Origin: Ostreococcus lucimarinus
Taxonomy: Eukaryota
DNA length: 64,000 nucleotides
Assembly: GCA_000092065.1 (NCBI GenBank)
Contig: CP000594.1
Reading direction: 5' to 3' (one strand)
Made by a program: the position numbers and the translations under genes. Below are positions 18,427 to 28,585 of this stretch, piece after piece (position 1 is the first letter of the stretch; each line of letters begins with the position of its first letter). Under the pieces are notes generated by a model. It was not told the origin of the DNA and made no database searches. It worked only from the letters and a program-made list of their open reading frames with translations.

Positions 18427-20721
18427 TCAACAGACGAGCGGGCTGGCCGGAGCGGCGGGACGGAGCAAAAGGAGCGTCGCGCACAGAGCGACGAGACCGA
18501 GCTCGGTGGACGTCAACAGGGACGGGATGTGGGCGGCGCCGGCGTCGACGACGGCGGAGACGACGTTCGCGAGCGAGGCGCCGGACGCGAGGAGAGCGCG
18601 GCTGTCGGCGCCGACGATGGCGTAGAAGACGACCCAGGGCGCCATACCGAATGCGGTTCCGGCGACGATGGCGCGGATGGGGACTTGAGTGAGACCCAGG
18701 AGGTAGTTGGTGACCGTGAACGGGGCGTGCGGGAGGAGACGCATCAACGAAACTTTGGAGGCTTGCACGAGGGCGTCGCCGTCGCCGCTCACGGCGCGGT
18801 TCACCTTTTTCAACTGCGCCGCGATCGATCGACGCGCGGGCGCACCGATGCCCGTTTGCTGCGCCAAGTCATCGCTGATTTGCCTATACCCTCGAGCGCG
18901 GCTCGCGCTCGCCGAGATGGCGGCGGCGCACACGGCGGCGCATAAACCGAGCGCCGCGCCGTACGCGGGACCAAAAAATAAGCCAGCCATGATGAACAAA
19001 GGCTGCGTAGGAACGAATGGAATTATCGCCGCGAGCGTGGTGATCGCGGTGAGGCACAATGGCGCGAGCACGGGACCAGCTTTACTGATCGCGGACTCGG
19101 CGACGTTGAGCCAGCTCGTCGCTCCGAACGCGGCCTTGACTTTGGTCGCCGTGGCGATCGGACCGGCTTGTCTCGCGTAAACCAGCGCGCTCACGGCGGC
19201 GGCGAAGATGGCGACTTGCAAAATGTGTTGACCACTGATCAAAAAGTCAAACACAGCCACCGCGCGTCGGCGAATACCGATGGCTTTGATCGCCTTGCGC
19301 AAGTTTCGCAACTTGAAAAATCGCTCCAACCCTTTCGAGTACTGGTTCTCTCGGAGATTTCTATTGGACGACATCCATCCCCACTTTTCGACGTCTGCGC
19401 GACTTGCCGCACCCATGCGTTGGCGTTCGCTGTCGTTCTCGAGCAACATCTTGACGTGCTCGGCGGCTTTGTCGTAGTCGTACTCGGGGTAGAGCAAGCC
19501 GACGTCGCCCGGATTGGTGAGGATATCGAGTAAGCCACCGGCGGCGACGGCAACGACGGGTACGCCCGAAGCCATGGACTCCATGACGACAAAACCGAGC
19601 GTCTCACTCGGGCTCGGCATGACGAACACGTCCAAAGACGCGTACGCTGCGGACAAATCGTCTCCCGTGATCATCCCCGTGAAAACTGTATTCGTTCCGG
19701 CAAAGTGCTCCTCGAGCCTTTTACGTTCGGGTCCGTCTCCGATGATGGCCAAATTCACGTTCGACGGTAATTTTGCGAGAATATCTTTGAGATCTCCCAA
19801 GCGCTTTTCCGCGCCGAGGCGTCCGACGCACCCGATGATCGGACCGTCGCGACCGCCGCTCAGACGCTTGCGCATCTCCTCGCTCTTAAAGCTCGGATTG
19901 AACGCCACCGTGTCCACGCCCTTGTCCCAGACTTGCAAATTTTTACACCCTTCTCCTCTCAACTCGTTCTCCAGAATGCTCGAAGTCACCAACGTCGTCG
20001 ACGCGTAGCCGTTCCAAAACCGAATCAAGTCCCACATCGGCTTGACCAACCCCGCCCACGTGTACCTCGGAATGTAGTGCGGAATGTGCGTGTGATACGA
20101 CTCCACGAGCGGTATATCCATCGCCTTACAGTACGTCATCGCCCCAAAAATCATCCCTCCCGGCACCGCGCAGTGCACCAAGTCCGGTTTATTCTCCTTA
20201 AACTCCCGCCACACCCGTCCGTCGAGCCCGAACGAGCACAGCAGCGTGTCCGTCCCGTAAAACGGCAGCACGAACCCTCTCAACCCGATCACCTTCGCCC
20301 CGTGATACTCCTTCGGCGGATCGCGATCGGGCGTGATCACCACCACGTCGTCTCCCATCTCTCGCAGGTTCTCGATCAATCGCAGGAATCGATTCTTCAT
20401 CCCGCTCACGTGCGAAAACGGGCTCGGCTCCACGAAGATGGCCACGCGTCGTTTCGGTCGCGCGTCCGTCGTCGCCGTCGCCGTCGCGGTCGTTCGCGTC
20501 GTCGCGCGTCGCCTCGCGACGACCACCGCGGCGTTCCGCGTCGCCGTCGAGCGCGCGTCCGCGCGTCCCGCGTCGCCGTCGCGTCGTTTCGGTCGGAATA
20601 TACCACCGCCCGTCGTCGTCGTCGTCGTCGCGCGCGTCGTCGTCGTCGTCGTCGCGCGCCGCGGTCGCGCCGACGCTCGAGGCGCGCGCGTCATCGCGCG
20701 CGTCGCGAACCTCGCGTCCAT
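18427..20721 (-). CDS. SQD2: Sulfoquinovosyldiacylglycerol synthase SQD2 (GT4) fused in one ORF to a C-terminal DedA/TVP38/TMEM64-type membrane domain. N-terminal chloroplast transit peptide
   Basis: The N-terminal about 430 aa align closely with plant SQD2: RVAIFVEPSPFSHVSGMKNRF, YHGAKVIGLRGF, SYHTHIPHYIPRYTWAGLVKPMWDLIRF, IGDGPERKRLEEHF, VFTGMITGDDLSAAYASLDVFVMPS.SETLGFVVMESMASGVPVVA, and KWGWMSSNRNLRENQYS at the SQD2 C-terminus. The same frame continues without a stop into about 300 aa of multi-TM sequence carrying the DedA/SNARE-associated signature (PFVPTQPLFIMAGLFFGPAYGAALGLCAA...RARGYRQI; GLTQVPIRAIVAGTAFGMAPWVVFYAIVG). Start at the ATG at 20721; the track start at 20760 is GTG. Confidence 0.75.
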   Translation of the reverse strand: MDARFATRAMTRAPRASARPRRATTTTTTRATTTTTTGGGIFRPKRRDGDAGRADARSTATRNAAVVVARRRATTRTTATATATTDARPKRRVAIFVEPSPFSHVSGMKNRFLRLIENLREMGDDVVVITPDRDPPKEYHGAKVIGLRGFVLPFYGTDTLLCSFGLDGRVWREFKENKPDLVHCAVPGGMIFGAMTYCKAMDIPLVESYHTHIPHYIPRYTWAGLVKPMWDLIRFWNGYASTTLVTSSILENELRGEGCKNLQVWDKGVDTVAFNPSFKSEEMRKRLSGGRDGPIIGCVGRLGAEKRLGDLKDILAKLPSNVNLAIIGDGPERKRLEEHFAGTNTVFTGMITGDDLSAAYASLDVFVMPSPSETLGFVVMESMASGVPVVAVAAGGLLDILTNPGDVGLLYPEYDYDKAAEHVKMLLENDSERQRMGAASRADVEKWGWMSSNRNLRENQYSKGLERFFKLRNLRKAIKAIGIRRRAVAVFDFLISGQHILQVAIFAAAVSALVYARQAGPIATATKVKAAFGATSWLNVAESAISKAGPVLAPLCLTAITTLAAIIPFVPTQPLFIMAGLFFGPAYGAALGLCAAVCAAAISASASRARGYRQISDDLAQQTGIGAPARRSIAAQLKKVNRAVSGDGDALVQASKVSLMRLLPHAPFTVTNYLLGLTQVPIRAIVAGTAFGMAPWVVFYAIVGADSRALLASGASLANVVSAVVDAGAAHIPSLLTSTELGLVALCATLLLLRPAAPASPLVC

Positions 20722-21449
20722 CGTCGCGGGCGTCGGCGCGAGCCCCCGCGCGTCCCGCACTGCCGCGCGCGATGGACGCCCCGACGTCGGCGCTCGCGAT
20801 CGACCGCGCGGCGGTCGACCGCATCGCGCGCGCCGCGACGCTGTCGACGCTCGCGGGCGCGCTCGCGGGCGCGGCGCTGGCGCTGCGACGACGCCGACCG
20901 CAGGCGGTGGCGCCGACGCACGCCGTCGCGGGCGCGGCGAACGTCGGCGCGTGCGGCGCGGCGCACGCGACGACGCTCGAGGCGCTGGACAGACGGCCGG
21001 ACGCGCGAGGCGCGACGACGCACGCCGTCGCGGGCGCGTGCGTCGGGACGGGCGCGGCGTGGGTGAGGTGGGGACGACGCGCGGCGACGGCGGGCGCGGC
21101 GTGCGGCGCGGCGGCGGCGGGCGGCGCGAGGGCGTGCGCGACGGCGCTCGAGGGCGCGGGAGAGCGCGGGTACGAGTTCCCGAGGTGGTTTCCGGTGCAA
21201 ATCGTGCGAGAGGAGGGGCGCGAGGACGAGCTGCTGGCGCTTATGGGGCGGGCGCAGCGAGGCGAGCTGTCGGCGGAGGACGAGGCGAGGACGCGGGACG
21301 CGTACGCGCGGTGGAAGATGCGTCGAGCGGGGAGAGGGTAGAGGCGCGCGCGGCGAAGCGGTGAAGTGGAAAAGTTAGCGTAGAATACAATCGCGATCGG
21401 CGAACGTCGGTCGAGACGCGACGCGACGCGACGCGCGCGCGCGCGAGGC

Positions 21450-22115
21450 TCAAATCATCGAAGGCGGCGTCGCGCCGAGAGACGCTAAACGTTTGAGCAT
21501 GTCTCGCCCGAAACTCCCCGGCGAGTCGTCGCGCGCCAGAGGCACCGAAATTTCAAACGGGAAGCTCACGACGTCGCTCGTCGTCACCGGCGGCACGTGC
21601 GCCTTCATCTCGTTCACCAATCCCAGCACGTGTCGCTGCGTCCCGACGACTTGGTCTCGCAGCGCCTCCCGCGCGCGCGCGCGCTCCGTCTCGTCCAACT
21701 CCTCACCCCTAAAAATCTCCAATCCGATCCTCCACTGTTCCCAGTACCCATTCGCCGCGCGCGCTTCCTCCCGTCGCGTTCGTCCGCCGCTCAGCGCCTC
21801 TCGCAGCGCGCCGCCGCGTCTCGGCTTGTCCCGCTCGCGCTCGTAAAAGCTCACCGCCACGTCCGCCTCCCCGCCTCCCGTCTTCAGCGCCCATCGCACG
21901 AGGGCGTTTATCTTCTCCTCTATCTTCCCGTCCACCGCGCCGTCGCCGCACGCGACGTAGTGCACGTCCACGCGCTCGCATCGCGCGTCCCGAGGCGCGC
22001 AGCATCCGAGCGCGCGCGCGAAGACGATCGTGTGCAGCAGCGCCGAGAGCACGTCGCGCACCTGCGACAGCTCGCATCGCAGCGGCGGCAGCGCGAACAC
22101 CTCCCGCGCCCGCAT
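21450..22115 (-). CDS. ATG101: Autophagy-related protein 101 (ATG101)
   Basis: VLSALLHTIVFARALG (compare human AMLAVLHTVLLHRSTG), DVHYVACGD, VAVSFYERERDKPRRG (compare SLEFYQKKKSRWPF), and WEQWRIGLEI (compare WEVWTVKVHV). Size about 221 aa from the ATG at 22115. Confidence 0.6.
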   Translation of the reverse strand: MRAREVFALPPLRCELSQVRDVLSALLHTIVFARALGCCAPRDARCERVDVHYVACGDGAVDGKIEEKINALVRWALKTGGGEADVAVSFYERERDKPRRGGALREALSGGRTRREEARAANGYWEQWRIGLEIFRGEELDETERARAREALRDQVVGTQRHVLGLVNEMKAHVPPVTTSDVVSFPFEISVPLARDDSPGSFGRDMLKRLASLGATPPSMI

Positions 22116-22195
22116 GCGCGCGCGCGTCGACGCGCGCCGCGATGCGCGGTCGCGGCGCGGTCGCATCGCGATTCCGTCGCCACCGCGGCGTAACA

Positions 22196-22202
22196 CTATA
22201 AA
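22196..22202 (+). promoter_or_regulatory. Candidate TATA box (TATAAAA) about 80 bp upstream of the 22278 ATG
   Basis: cactataaaacgcgcgg seen directly in an otherwise GC-rich 160-bp divergent spacer between ATG101 and the 22278 gene. Confidence 0.3.
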
Positions 22203-22277
22203 ACGCGCGGACGCGACGACGCCGACGGTGTCGCGCCGCAGAAGACGACGCGCGCGACGCGACGCGACGCGAGCGGC

Positions 22278-24437
22278 ATGGACGAGCGAGCGGCGCTGCT
22301 CTCGCGCGCGGTCGCGGACGCGGAGGAGCGGACGCGCGCGGAAACGCGCGGGCGCGCGCGCGCGCGAGGGAAAGATGGGAAAGTCTCGACGTCGCGATCG
22401 GACGACGACGACGACGCGGTGCTCGAAAGAAGCGCGGGACGGGGTCGACGGACGCGGGCGATGATGGTGACGATCGGACTGGCGTGCGCGGTGGGATTGG
22501 CGGCGCTCGGGGCGCGGACGCGCGGCGGAGACGGCGGACTTTTGGGCGGGCGCGGCGCGAGCGACGGCGCGGCGACGAAACGGGGCGAGCGCGGACGTTC
22601 GTCGCGCGCGAAGACTTCGACCGGGGGCGCGCGCGCGAGTGTGGATTTAACGGCGGAGACGGAGAGCCGGGAGGTTGTGCGCGTCGCGGGCGTGGAGGAC
22701 TTCACGGCGAGCGATTCGCGATTGGCGGGTTACAGCAAGCTCGAGGTCGCGGACGCCATCAAGCACGCCGTGGAGTTTGTGAAGAAGGAGCAGTTGGAGG
22801 AAAAGCGACTTGAAGCGAAAACGTCGTCTGACGTGGGCGGGCTCGGCTCGGATGAGATCCCGGATGAGGATACCTGGGGCACGCCGATGCACCTGATGGC
22901 GAGACCGGGCGCGGCGAAGGACAGAGACGCGCTCAAGGTGACGCTGAGCAAGCTGCTGACGACGCACGACGTTGAATTGGTGTCAAAGAACGTCAAAATC
23001 ACCGCCAGTGTAAATCCGAAGAAATGGCCTGATGGCTTAGATCGCGCGGTGTACGCGCTCAAGTCGGTTTTTGAAATCCTCGGAGGCGACTACTTGCACC
23101 CGGATTTCTCCCTATTGAAAGGTTTGGACTGGATCGAAGCGCCGAACTCGCGTGATTTAGACGGTAAGATCGCCGGTGCATGGGGCGCGCTCTCTAATCA
23201 CGTCGGCACACTCTTCGGTCACATGTACCAGTGGCAGCTCGCCAAGGATTCGATGAACAAGGCCACCATCATCGTCGACAGCGACGGCCTCGCGCCGACA
23301 AAGCTCGGGGTGCCGGTGTCGTCGTTCGGGGCCATCATAGACAACGTGCCGGCGGAGTACGATATCATCTTACTCAACACTTATCCCGATGTCGAGAACT
23401 CGCACACGGTCGCGGAATTTCCCGATCACAGAGGGCACGACCTCAAGCTCACAACTTGGAAATCGCCCGGGCACACCGGCTTGAGCACTTACATAATCTC
23501 GTCGTCGTTCCCGGATAGAGTGTTCGCGTACGCCGCACAGAAGGGTGCGGGCTACTTAGACTCTTGGATTGTCGATGATTTGTGCACTCGTAAAGTATGC
23601 GATGACGATGGAGAAATTGTCGGCATGGGCGCAATCACGGCGAGCCAGCCTTTGCTGCGATGCTACCGAGCACACGGGGTCATTGAAACGCATCACGACA
23701 AGCAGAGCGACCAAGCGACGACTGTGATCGCTGAGAACGTGGAAGCAAACACGACCACTGTGCTAGCGACTGGTAAGTTGGTTGGCGATCACAAACACGC
23801 GACGAAGGAAGACGACAAACCGGGCAAGGCCAAGGGGGTGTCTGACGACTCGCTCAAGAAAGTCATGGACGAGACTTTGGACGAAGACTCTGAGCGGCGT
23901 GCCAGTCAGAAGAAGTCTTCACACCATGACAACGACTCCGATCATTCGTCGAAGGAGTCTTCGAACAAGGATTCCGACGCCGACGCGAAAAAATCAAAGC
24001 ACGCGCATGTCCACGAAGCCGCTGCGCTCGAGGCGAGTCTCGGCGTGACGCCCTTTGCTCGCGAGTCTCACGCGACGAAGCCGACCGGGTTAACGAGCGA
24101 TTTCATCTTCGATTCAATGCACGAGCTCAACGCTGAGCATGGATCTTTGATTCACAAGAAGTTTTCCTTGTTGCACAAGCATCAGCACGAGCGCGAGCGC
24201 GTTGAGGCGATGATAAAGCGTCTTCATGACCTGAGGGCGTCGGGCAAGGAGGCGACAGCTCAGGACATCTTGAGCGCGGTACCGACGGAGGAAGAACCGA
24301 TCGCGGAACCGATCGTAGAACCCATCGCCGTGGTGCCTCAGAGCGTGGTAGAGCCGGCGCGCAAAGAAGAATTCGAGGCGAAGAAGCCGGCGCCCGAGGC
24401 TGACGCAGAAGTCGGCAACTTTCTGACGGGGCTCTGA
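22278..24437 (+). CDS. Hypothetical type-II membrane protein (single N-terminal TM; large lumenal/extracellular domain; Lys/Asp/Ser-rich C-terminal region)
   Basis: A 719-aa ORF with a clear ATG and TGA stop. Hydrophobic helix MMVTIGLACAVGLAALGA at residues about 62-80. Lower GC than the flanks and protein-like composition throughout. No family recognised. Confidence 0.45.
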   Translation: MDERAALLSRAVADAEERTRAETRGRARARGKDGKVSTSRSDDDDDAVLERSAGRGRRTRAMMVTIGLACAVGLAALGARTRGGDGGLLGGRGASDGAATKRGERGRSSRAKTSTGGARASVDLTAETESREVVRVAGVEDFTASDSRLAGYSKLEVADAIKHAVEFVKKEQLEEKRLEAKTSSDVGGLGSDEIPDEDTWGTPMHLMARPGAAKDRDALKVTLSKLLTTHDVELVSKNVKITASVNPKKWPDGLDRAVYALKSVFEILGGDYLHPDFSLLKGLDWIEAPNSRDLDGKIAGAWGALSNHVGTLFGHMYQWQLAKDSMNKATIIVDSDGLAPTKLGVPVSSFGAIIDNVPAEYDIILLNTYPDVENSHTVAEFPDHRGHDLKLTTWKSPGHTGLSTYIISSSFPDRVFAYAAQKGAGYLDSWIVDDLCTRKVCDDDGEIVGMGAITASQPLLRCYRAHGVIETHHDKQSDQATTVIAENVEANTTTVLATGKLVGDHKHATKEDDKPGKAKGVSDDSLKKVMDETLDEDSERRASQKKSSHHDNDSDHSSKESSNKDSDADAKKSKHAHVHEAAALEASLGVTPFARESHATKPTGLTSDFIFDSMHELNAEHGSLIHKKFSLLHKHQHERERVEAMIKRLHDLRASGKEATAQDILSAVPTEEEPIAEPIVEPIAVVPQSVVEPARKEEFEAKKPAPEADAEVGNFLTGL

Positions 24438-24526
24438 TCTAGCGTAAACAAAATTTTAATGAGCGAAATGTAGCGAAATAATAGGAATTACTGAATGTTT
24501 GGTCGCGGTGAGGTCATTACAACCGC

Positions 24527-24538
24527 GTGACGCGTCAC
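24527..24538. repeat. 12-bp palindrome GTGACGCGTCAC (ACGCGT core) in the AT-richer convergent 3' intergenic region between the 22278 gene and RPL5
   Basis: Seen directly. Followed by a second TGACGCA half-site (gtgacgcgtcacaaagtgacgca). Confidence 0.3.
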
Positions 24539-24610
24539 AAAGTGACGCATCTCGCGACAAACGAAGACTATATGGTGTCTACGCGTCGGTGACGTGAAAC
24601 ACGACAACGC

Positions 24611-25855
24611 TTACGCGGCCGCACGAAGAGCTTCGAGCTTGGCCTTGAGGTTGGCCTTCTTCTCTTCGTACGTGAGCTTCGGAAGCTTGAACAGACGCCC
24701 AGCGTCCGCCGGCTTCACGCGTTCCTTCTTCTCGTGGACGGGGTCTTCGCGAATGGCATCGAGGACGTCCTCCATGGCGTCTTCGAGCTCAGTCGGGTCG
24801 AAGTCCGCGGCCAAGTACTTGGCAAACTGCTGTTCGAACTTTTCCGGTTCCTCCTCTTGCAGCTCTTCCGCGTACTCGGCGACAACACCACCCTTGATGT
24901 ATCGCTCGAGAGTGTCCGGATCGTGGGACTTGTCTTGGAGATCGTACCCAGCGAATCGCTTTTCGTTGTGCGGAATGTCCAACCCGCCGTCCACCGCACC
25001 CTTGAGCGCAGCGAACACTCGCGCGCCGGTCGACGTTCGCACCAAACCGGTGTCCAAGAAGCACTTGAACGGGCGCGCTTCCTCATCACCTTGTTCAACG
25101 TGGTAATCCTCCCCGAGGTCCTCCGTCTTACCCTCGTACGCATCCGCCAAGCCGTACTTCGTCAACAGTCGTCGCGCGCACAGCAACCCGGTCGCGTACG
25201 TCGCGGCGTAGTTCGTCAAACCCGCCTTCATCCCGTACTTCGGCAACTCGTGCGAGTACGCGGACGCGATGCACACGTCACCCGCGAGCGTGGCGTAGAC
25301 AACTTGGCAAATCACATCGCGGTTCGTAAAGCGCACGACGAATCGGTACTTCGGCGAGTTGTACTTGTTCTTGTCCTGCGTGATCAAGCGCTGACGAGCG
25401 TAGTAATCCGTCTTGCCTGCGAGCGCGAAAACGTCCCGCGTCCAGCGCGAGCGCGTGATTTAAATCGTCAGTCCACACTCTGCGCGCTCGCACGCCCGCG
25501 CGCGCGTCGCGCGCGCGCTCGTTCGCGCCCGCGCGCGCGGTGCCGAAAAACCCTCGAGCGCGCCACCGCGCGGACATCGATGCGCCCCACGTCGCCGCGC
25601 CGCGCGCGCGCGCGATCGCACGCGTTCGAAACGAAGCATACGAATCATCCGCATCGAACGACGCGATCGACGCCGTCTCGACGGCGTCGACGCGTCGGTC
25701 GCGGCGCGATGATCGTCGCGCGATCGAGAAAGCCCTAAACGCGATGCCGAAGACGTACCAGCGCGGCGACGCGCGAACTTGACTTGGAAGCGCGAGAAGT
25801 ACGCGTTGGTCTTCGCCACGGATTGGGACTTGCGTTTGACTTTTCTGCGACCCAT
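24611..25855 (-). CDS. RPL5: 60S ribosomal protein L5 (uL18). Two exons: 25759..25855 and 24611..25416
   Basis: Exon 1 MGRRKVKRKSQSVAKTNAYFSRFQVKFARRRA-G; exon 2 KTDYYARQRLITQDKNKYNSPKYRFVVRFTNRDVICQVVYATLAGD...KGAVDGGLDIPH...TYEEKKANLKAKLEALRAAA. Donor G|GTACGT at 25758, acceptor ctcgcag|G at 25417. TAA at 24611. Confidence 0.9.
25417..25758 (-). other. Spliceosomal intron of RPL5 (342 nt, GTACGT...CAG, phase 1)
   Basis: The junction restores RRRAG-KTDYYAR, matching the universal RPL5 N-terminus. Confidence 0.85.
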
Positions 25856-26331
25856 GGTTGCGTCGTGTGACACGCGAGGCGCGCGCGTCGAAAAGACGGA
25901 GCGCGACGGGCGGGGCGTGGCATCGTGCGCGCGAGGATGGTGTGGTCCGTGTTTGTAGTTTACGATTTTGTTCCAAAGGCGTACTGCTACAGGCGCTCGC
26001 GCACGACGACGGGCACCGTTCGCTCGCCCACGGGTTCGCCGCGAATGAAGAGCGGAATGTCGTACTCGCCGAAATCTACGATCGGGCGCTCGAGCATGAG
26101 CGCGCCAGGGGTAAGATTGAGGGATTTCTGACGTCGAATCTGGAGAGAGACGAAGGCGCGGCGGTGAGTCTTCGCGAGGGTAGAAATCAAACAAACGCCG
26201 GGTGTCGGCGGTGCTCGACGGTCGTCGTCGTCGGTGTCGTCGTCGCGTCAGAATAATGTCTCCTCACGGGTTATAGGCATGAATCCGTCCATTCAGACGG
26301 AGGCGCGATGCTATCAGGTGACAATTTCTCT

Positions 26332-26592
26332 TCACTCGCGAACGAAGACGAGACGAGACGAGATGAGAATCGAATCGACGGAGCGCGCGTCAGTCGAATC
26401 ACGCACCTCTTCAACGATATTTTCCCGCGTCACCGCGATGCGAGGTTTCCCAGTTTTCTTGTCCTTAATTCTTCTAAAAGCGATCGCCGGTTCCGCGGTG
26501 AGCATCTTCATCACCGTGGCGCGTTCCTGCGAGTACGTACGATCGTCGTCGGCGTCAGTCCTAGCGCCATTGGCGTTTTGATTCATCGTCAT
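26332..26592 (-). CDS. Small hypothetical ORF (86 aa) in a lower-GC island between mL41 and RPL5. Coding status is uncertain
   Basis: MTMNQNANGARTDADDDRTYSQERATVMKMLTAEPAIAFRRIKDKKTGKPRIAVTRENIVEEVRDS.... Three overlapping ORFs occupy this AT-richer patch. No family recognised. Confidence 0.2.
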   Translation of the reverse strand: MTMNQNANGARTDADDDRTYSQERATVMKMLTAEPAIAFRRIKDKKTGKPRIAVTRENIVEEVRDSTDARSVDSILISSRLVFVRE

Positions 26593-26772
26593 GATTGACG
26601 ACGTGCGACGTTCGCGCGCCAGATACTTTGCTCAGACAGCCAAGGGAAACGTTTTGTAAACACCGGAGCCGAAACTCGAATCTTCAGAAACTCTAGTCCG
26701 TAGAAAGTTCCAGTCATCATCGCAGGCGTATCAAATGCCTCGACTTCGTCAGCGTCGTCATCACGGCGACGG

Positions 26773-27282
26773 CTACTCGATCATTTCTCCCATCGCGTCG
26801 CTACGTACCTTGCGTTTGTGTTCCTCCTCTTGCGCCGTCGCCGCGGCTTCGTCTCCGTCCTCCCCCCCCGCCTCGATTCGCGCCCTCTCCCGCGCCGCCA
26901 ACCGCTCGCGCGCCGCCGCTAACTTCTCCGCATTCACATACGTCGCCAACTTCCCCGGCACGAGATGATTCCTCGCCCGTCCCGGCCGCACGTGCGCGAC
27001 CTCGTCGACGTCGCCGAGCCCGCTCACCGGCGCCCTCAGAATCACCTCCACCCTCCGGTTCGCCTTCTTCCACCACCGCCGCTCGACGCGCATCGACGCC
27101 GGCATCACCCCAGCCTCCCCCACGCGCGCGCTCGCGCTCGACGCGATCGACAGCGCGCGCGCGCGCCCCGGCACCGTCGAACCTCCCGTCGGCGCGCGCG
27201 CCTCCACCGCGCGCTCGCCGAGCGCCCGCGCGAGCGCGCGCGTCGCGCGTCGCGTCGCGTCGCGCGCGCGCGGTCCCCACAT
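26773..27282 (-). CDS. MRPL41: Mitochondrial ribosomal protein mL41 (MRPL41/MRP-L27 family) with presequence
   Basis: [52 protein letters not shown] matches the mL41 core (VEGMGYVGDIVSV...[25 protein letters not shown]). ATG at 27282. N-terminal Arg/Ala-rich presequence. Confidence 0.6.
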   Translation of the reverse strand: MWGPRARDATRRATRALARALGERAVEARAPTGGSTVPGRARALSIASSASARVGEAGVMPASMRVERRWWKKANRRVEVILRAPVSGLGDVDEVAHVRPGRARNHLVPGKLATYVNAEKLAAARERLAARERARIEAGGEDGDEAAATAQEEEHKRKVRSDAMGEMIE

Positions 27283-27660
27283 CGCGCGTCACGCGTTCGT
27301 CGCGCGCGCCGTCGCCGTCGCGCGCGCCGTCGTCGTCGCGCTCTGCCGCCGCGCGCGCCGATCGACCCACCGATCGATTCGTTTTCAATCGAACCTCGAG
27401 CGAGGTTCGCTCGCGCGCGCTCGATCGACGATCGTCGATCGACTCCGGGGCGTCGAACGCGGCCTCGCGGGGGCAGAGCGCGACGACGCCGCGCGCGCGA
27501 TCCGTCTCTTTGCGACGCGCGAAAGCCGACGCTCTTTCGAGATGCCGACGAGGTGCGGGCGATGAAACGGCGAGCGATGCGATGCGTTCGATCGGGCGCG
27601 ACGTCGCGGCGCGCGCGCGGTCGCGCGCGCGACGGGAGGGGCGAACGCGGCGTGGACGCG

Positions 27661-28422
27661 ATGGCGAGCCCTAGCGATCGGTGTGCGGCGTGGACGCGCC
27701 CGGGCGAGCGGCGCGAACGCGCGCGGGCGCTCGCGCGCGCGCGGTTGGGCGTGCGGGATTGCGATGCGTCGTTTCGAGGCGCGCGCGGGCGGGCGTGCGG
27801 GGGAGACGCGCGCGTTCGACGCGCGCGTTCGGCGCGTTCGGAGGCTTTAGGGTTTTTAGGAGGACTCGACGCGGGACGCGTCGCGGAGCGCGCGGCGCGG
27901 TGGTTCGCGCGATGGCGCGAGAGCGATGGAAAAACTTCGGAGAATCGTCGACTGACCGAGGACGTGTGTTTGTTTGCGCGCGCGATTAGGTTGCATAAGA
28001 ACCGCAAGAAGCGCGGGCACGTGTCCGCGGGTCACGGCCGTATCGGTAAGCACCGCAAGCACCCGGCGGGTCGCGGTATGGCGGGTGGTCAACACCATCA
28101 CAGAATTATGATGGATAAGTATCACCCGGGTTACTTCGGTAAGGTTGGTATGCGTCACTTCCACAAGCTCAAGAACCACTACCACTGCCCGACCATCAAC
28201 ATTGACAAGCTTTGGACGCTCGTCGGCGAGGAGAAGCGTGAGGAGTGCGCCAAGAACACGTCTCAAGCGCCGGTGATTGATCTCACTGATCACGGTATCT
28301 TCAAGCTTCTCGGTAAGGGTCAACTCCCGAGCCAACCGGTCGTGGTGAAGTGCCGTTACATTAGCAAACTCGCCGAAAAGAAGATCAAGGATGTCGGCGG
28401 CGCGTGCATTCTCACCGCGTAA
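27661..28422 (+). CDS. RPL27A: 60S ribosomal protein L27a (uL15). Exon 2 27990..28422 is secure. Short exon 1 27661..27680 (MASPSD-R) is tentative
   Basis: Exon 2: (R)[78 protein letters not shown]...[13 protein letters not shown], ending TAA. The acceptor gattag|G at 27989 follows a pyrimidine-rich tract. The only upstream ATG giving an RPL27a-like N-terminus with a GT donor is atggcgagccctagcgatcg|gtgtgc at 27661. Confidence 0.8.
   Translation: MASPSDRCAAWTRPGERRERARALARARLGVRDCDASFRGARGRACGGDARVRRARSARSEALGFLGGLDAGRVAERAARWFARWRESDGKTSENRRLTEDVCLFARAIRLHKNRKKRGHVSAGHGRIGKHRKHPAGRGMAGGQHHHRIMMDKYHPGYFGKVGMRHFHKLKNHYHCPTINIDKLWTLVGEEKREECAKNTSQAPVIDLTDHGIFKLLGKGQLPSQPVVVKCRYISKLAEKKIKDVGGACILTA
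27681..27989 (+). other. Probable spliceosomal intron of RPL27a (309 nt, GTGTGC...TAG)
   Basis: Inferred from the missing N-terminus of the exon-2 ORF and the acceptor context. The donor assignment is tentative. Confidence 0.5.
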
Positions 28423-28585
28423 AGGGCGTCTCTCGAATTCGGGTTCGTCTTCTGGGTAGTCTGGGATTAGTACCGCGCGTTGTTATGAGTAACATTCATC
28501 TCACGCGTTCATCAACCTAACCACATCCATCGAGCACGACTCCGCCCGCCTCACTCGTCGCCGCGCCGCGGAATATTCACTTCAA

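Noticed and set aside
19933-21364. Plus-strand ORFs 19933..21066, 20333..21364 and 20772..21341, and minus 20198..20824
   Set aside because: Arg/Gly/Ala-rich translations of the SQD2 transit-peptide region and its GC-rich 5' flank. No conserved motifs.
25417-27989. Search for intron-hosted box C/D snoRNAs in the RPL5 and RPL27a introns
   Set aside because: No convincing RUGAUGA...CUGA box pairs with terminal stem were found by eye. This cannot be excluded without a covariance-model search.
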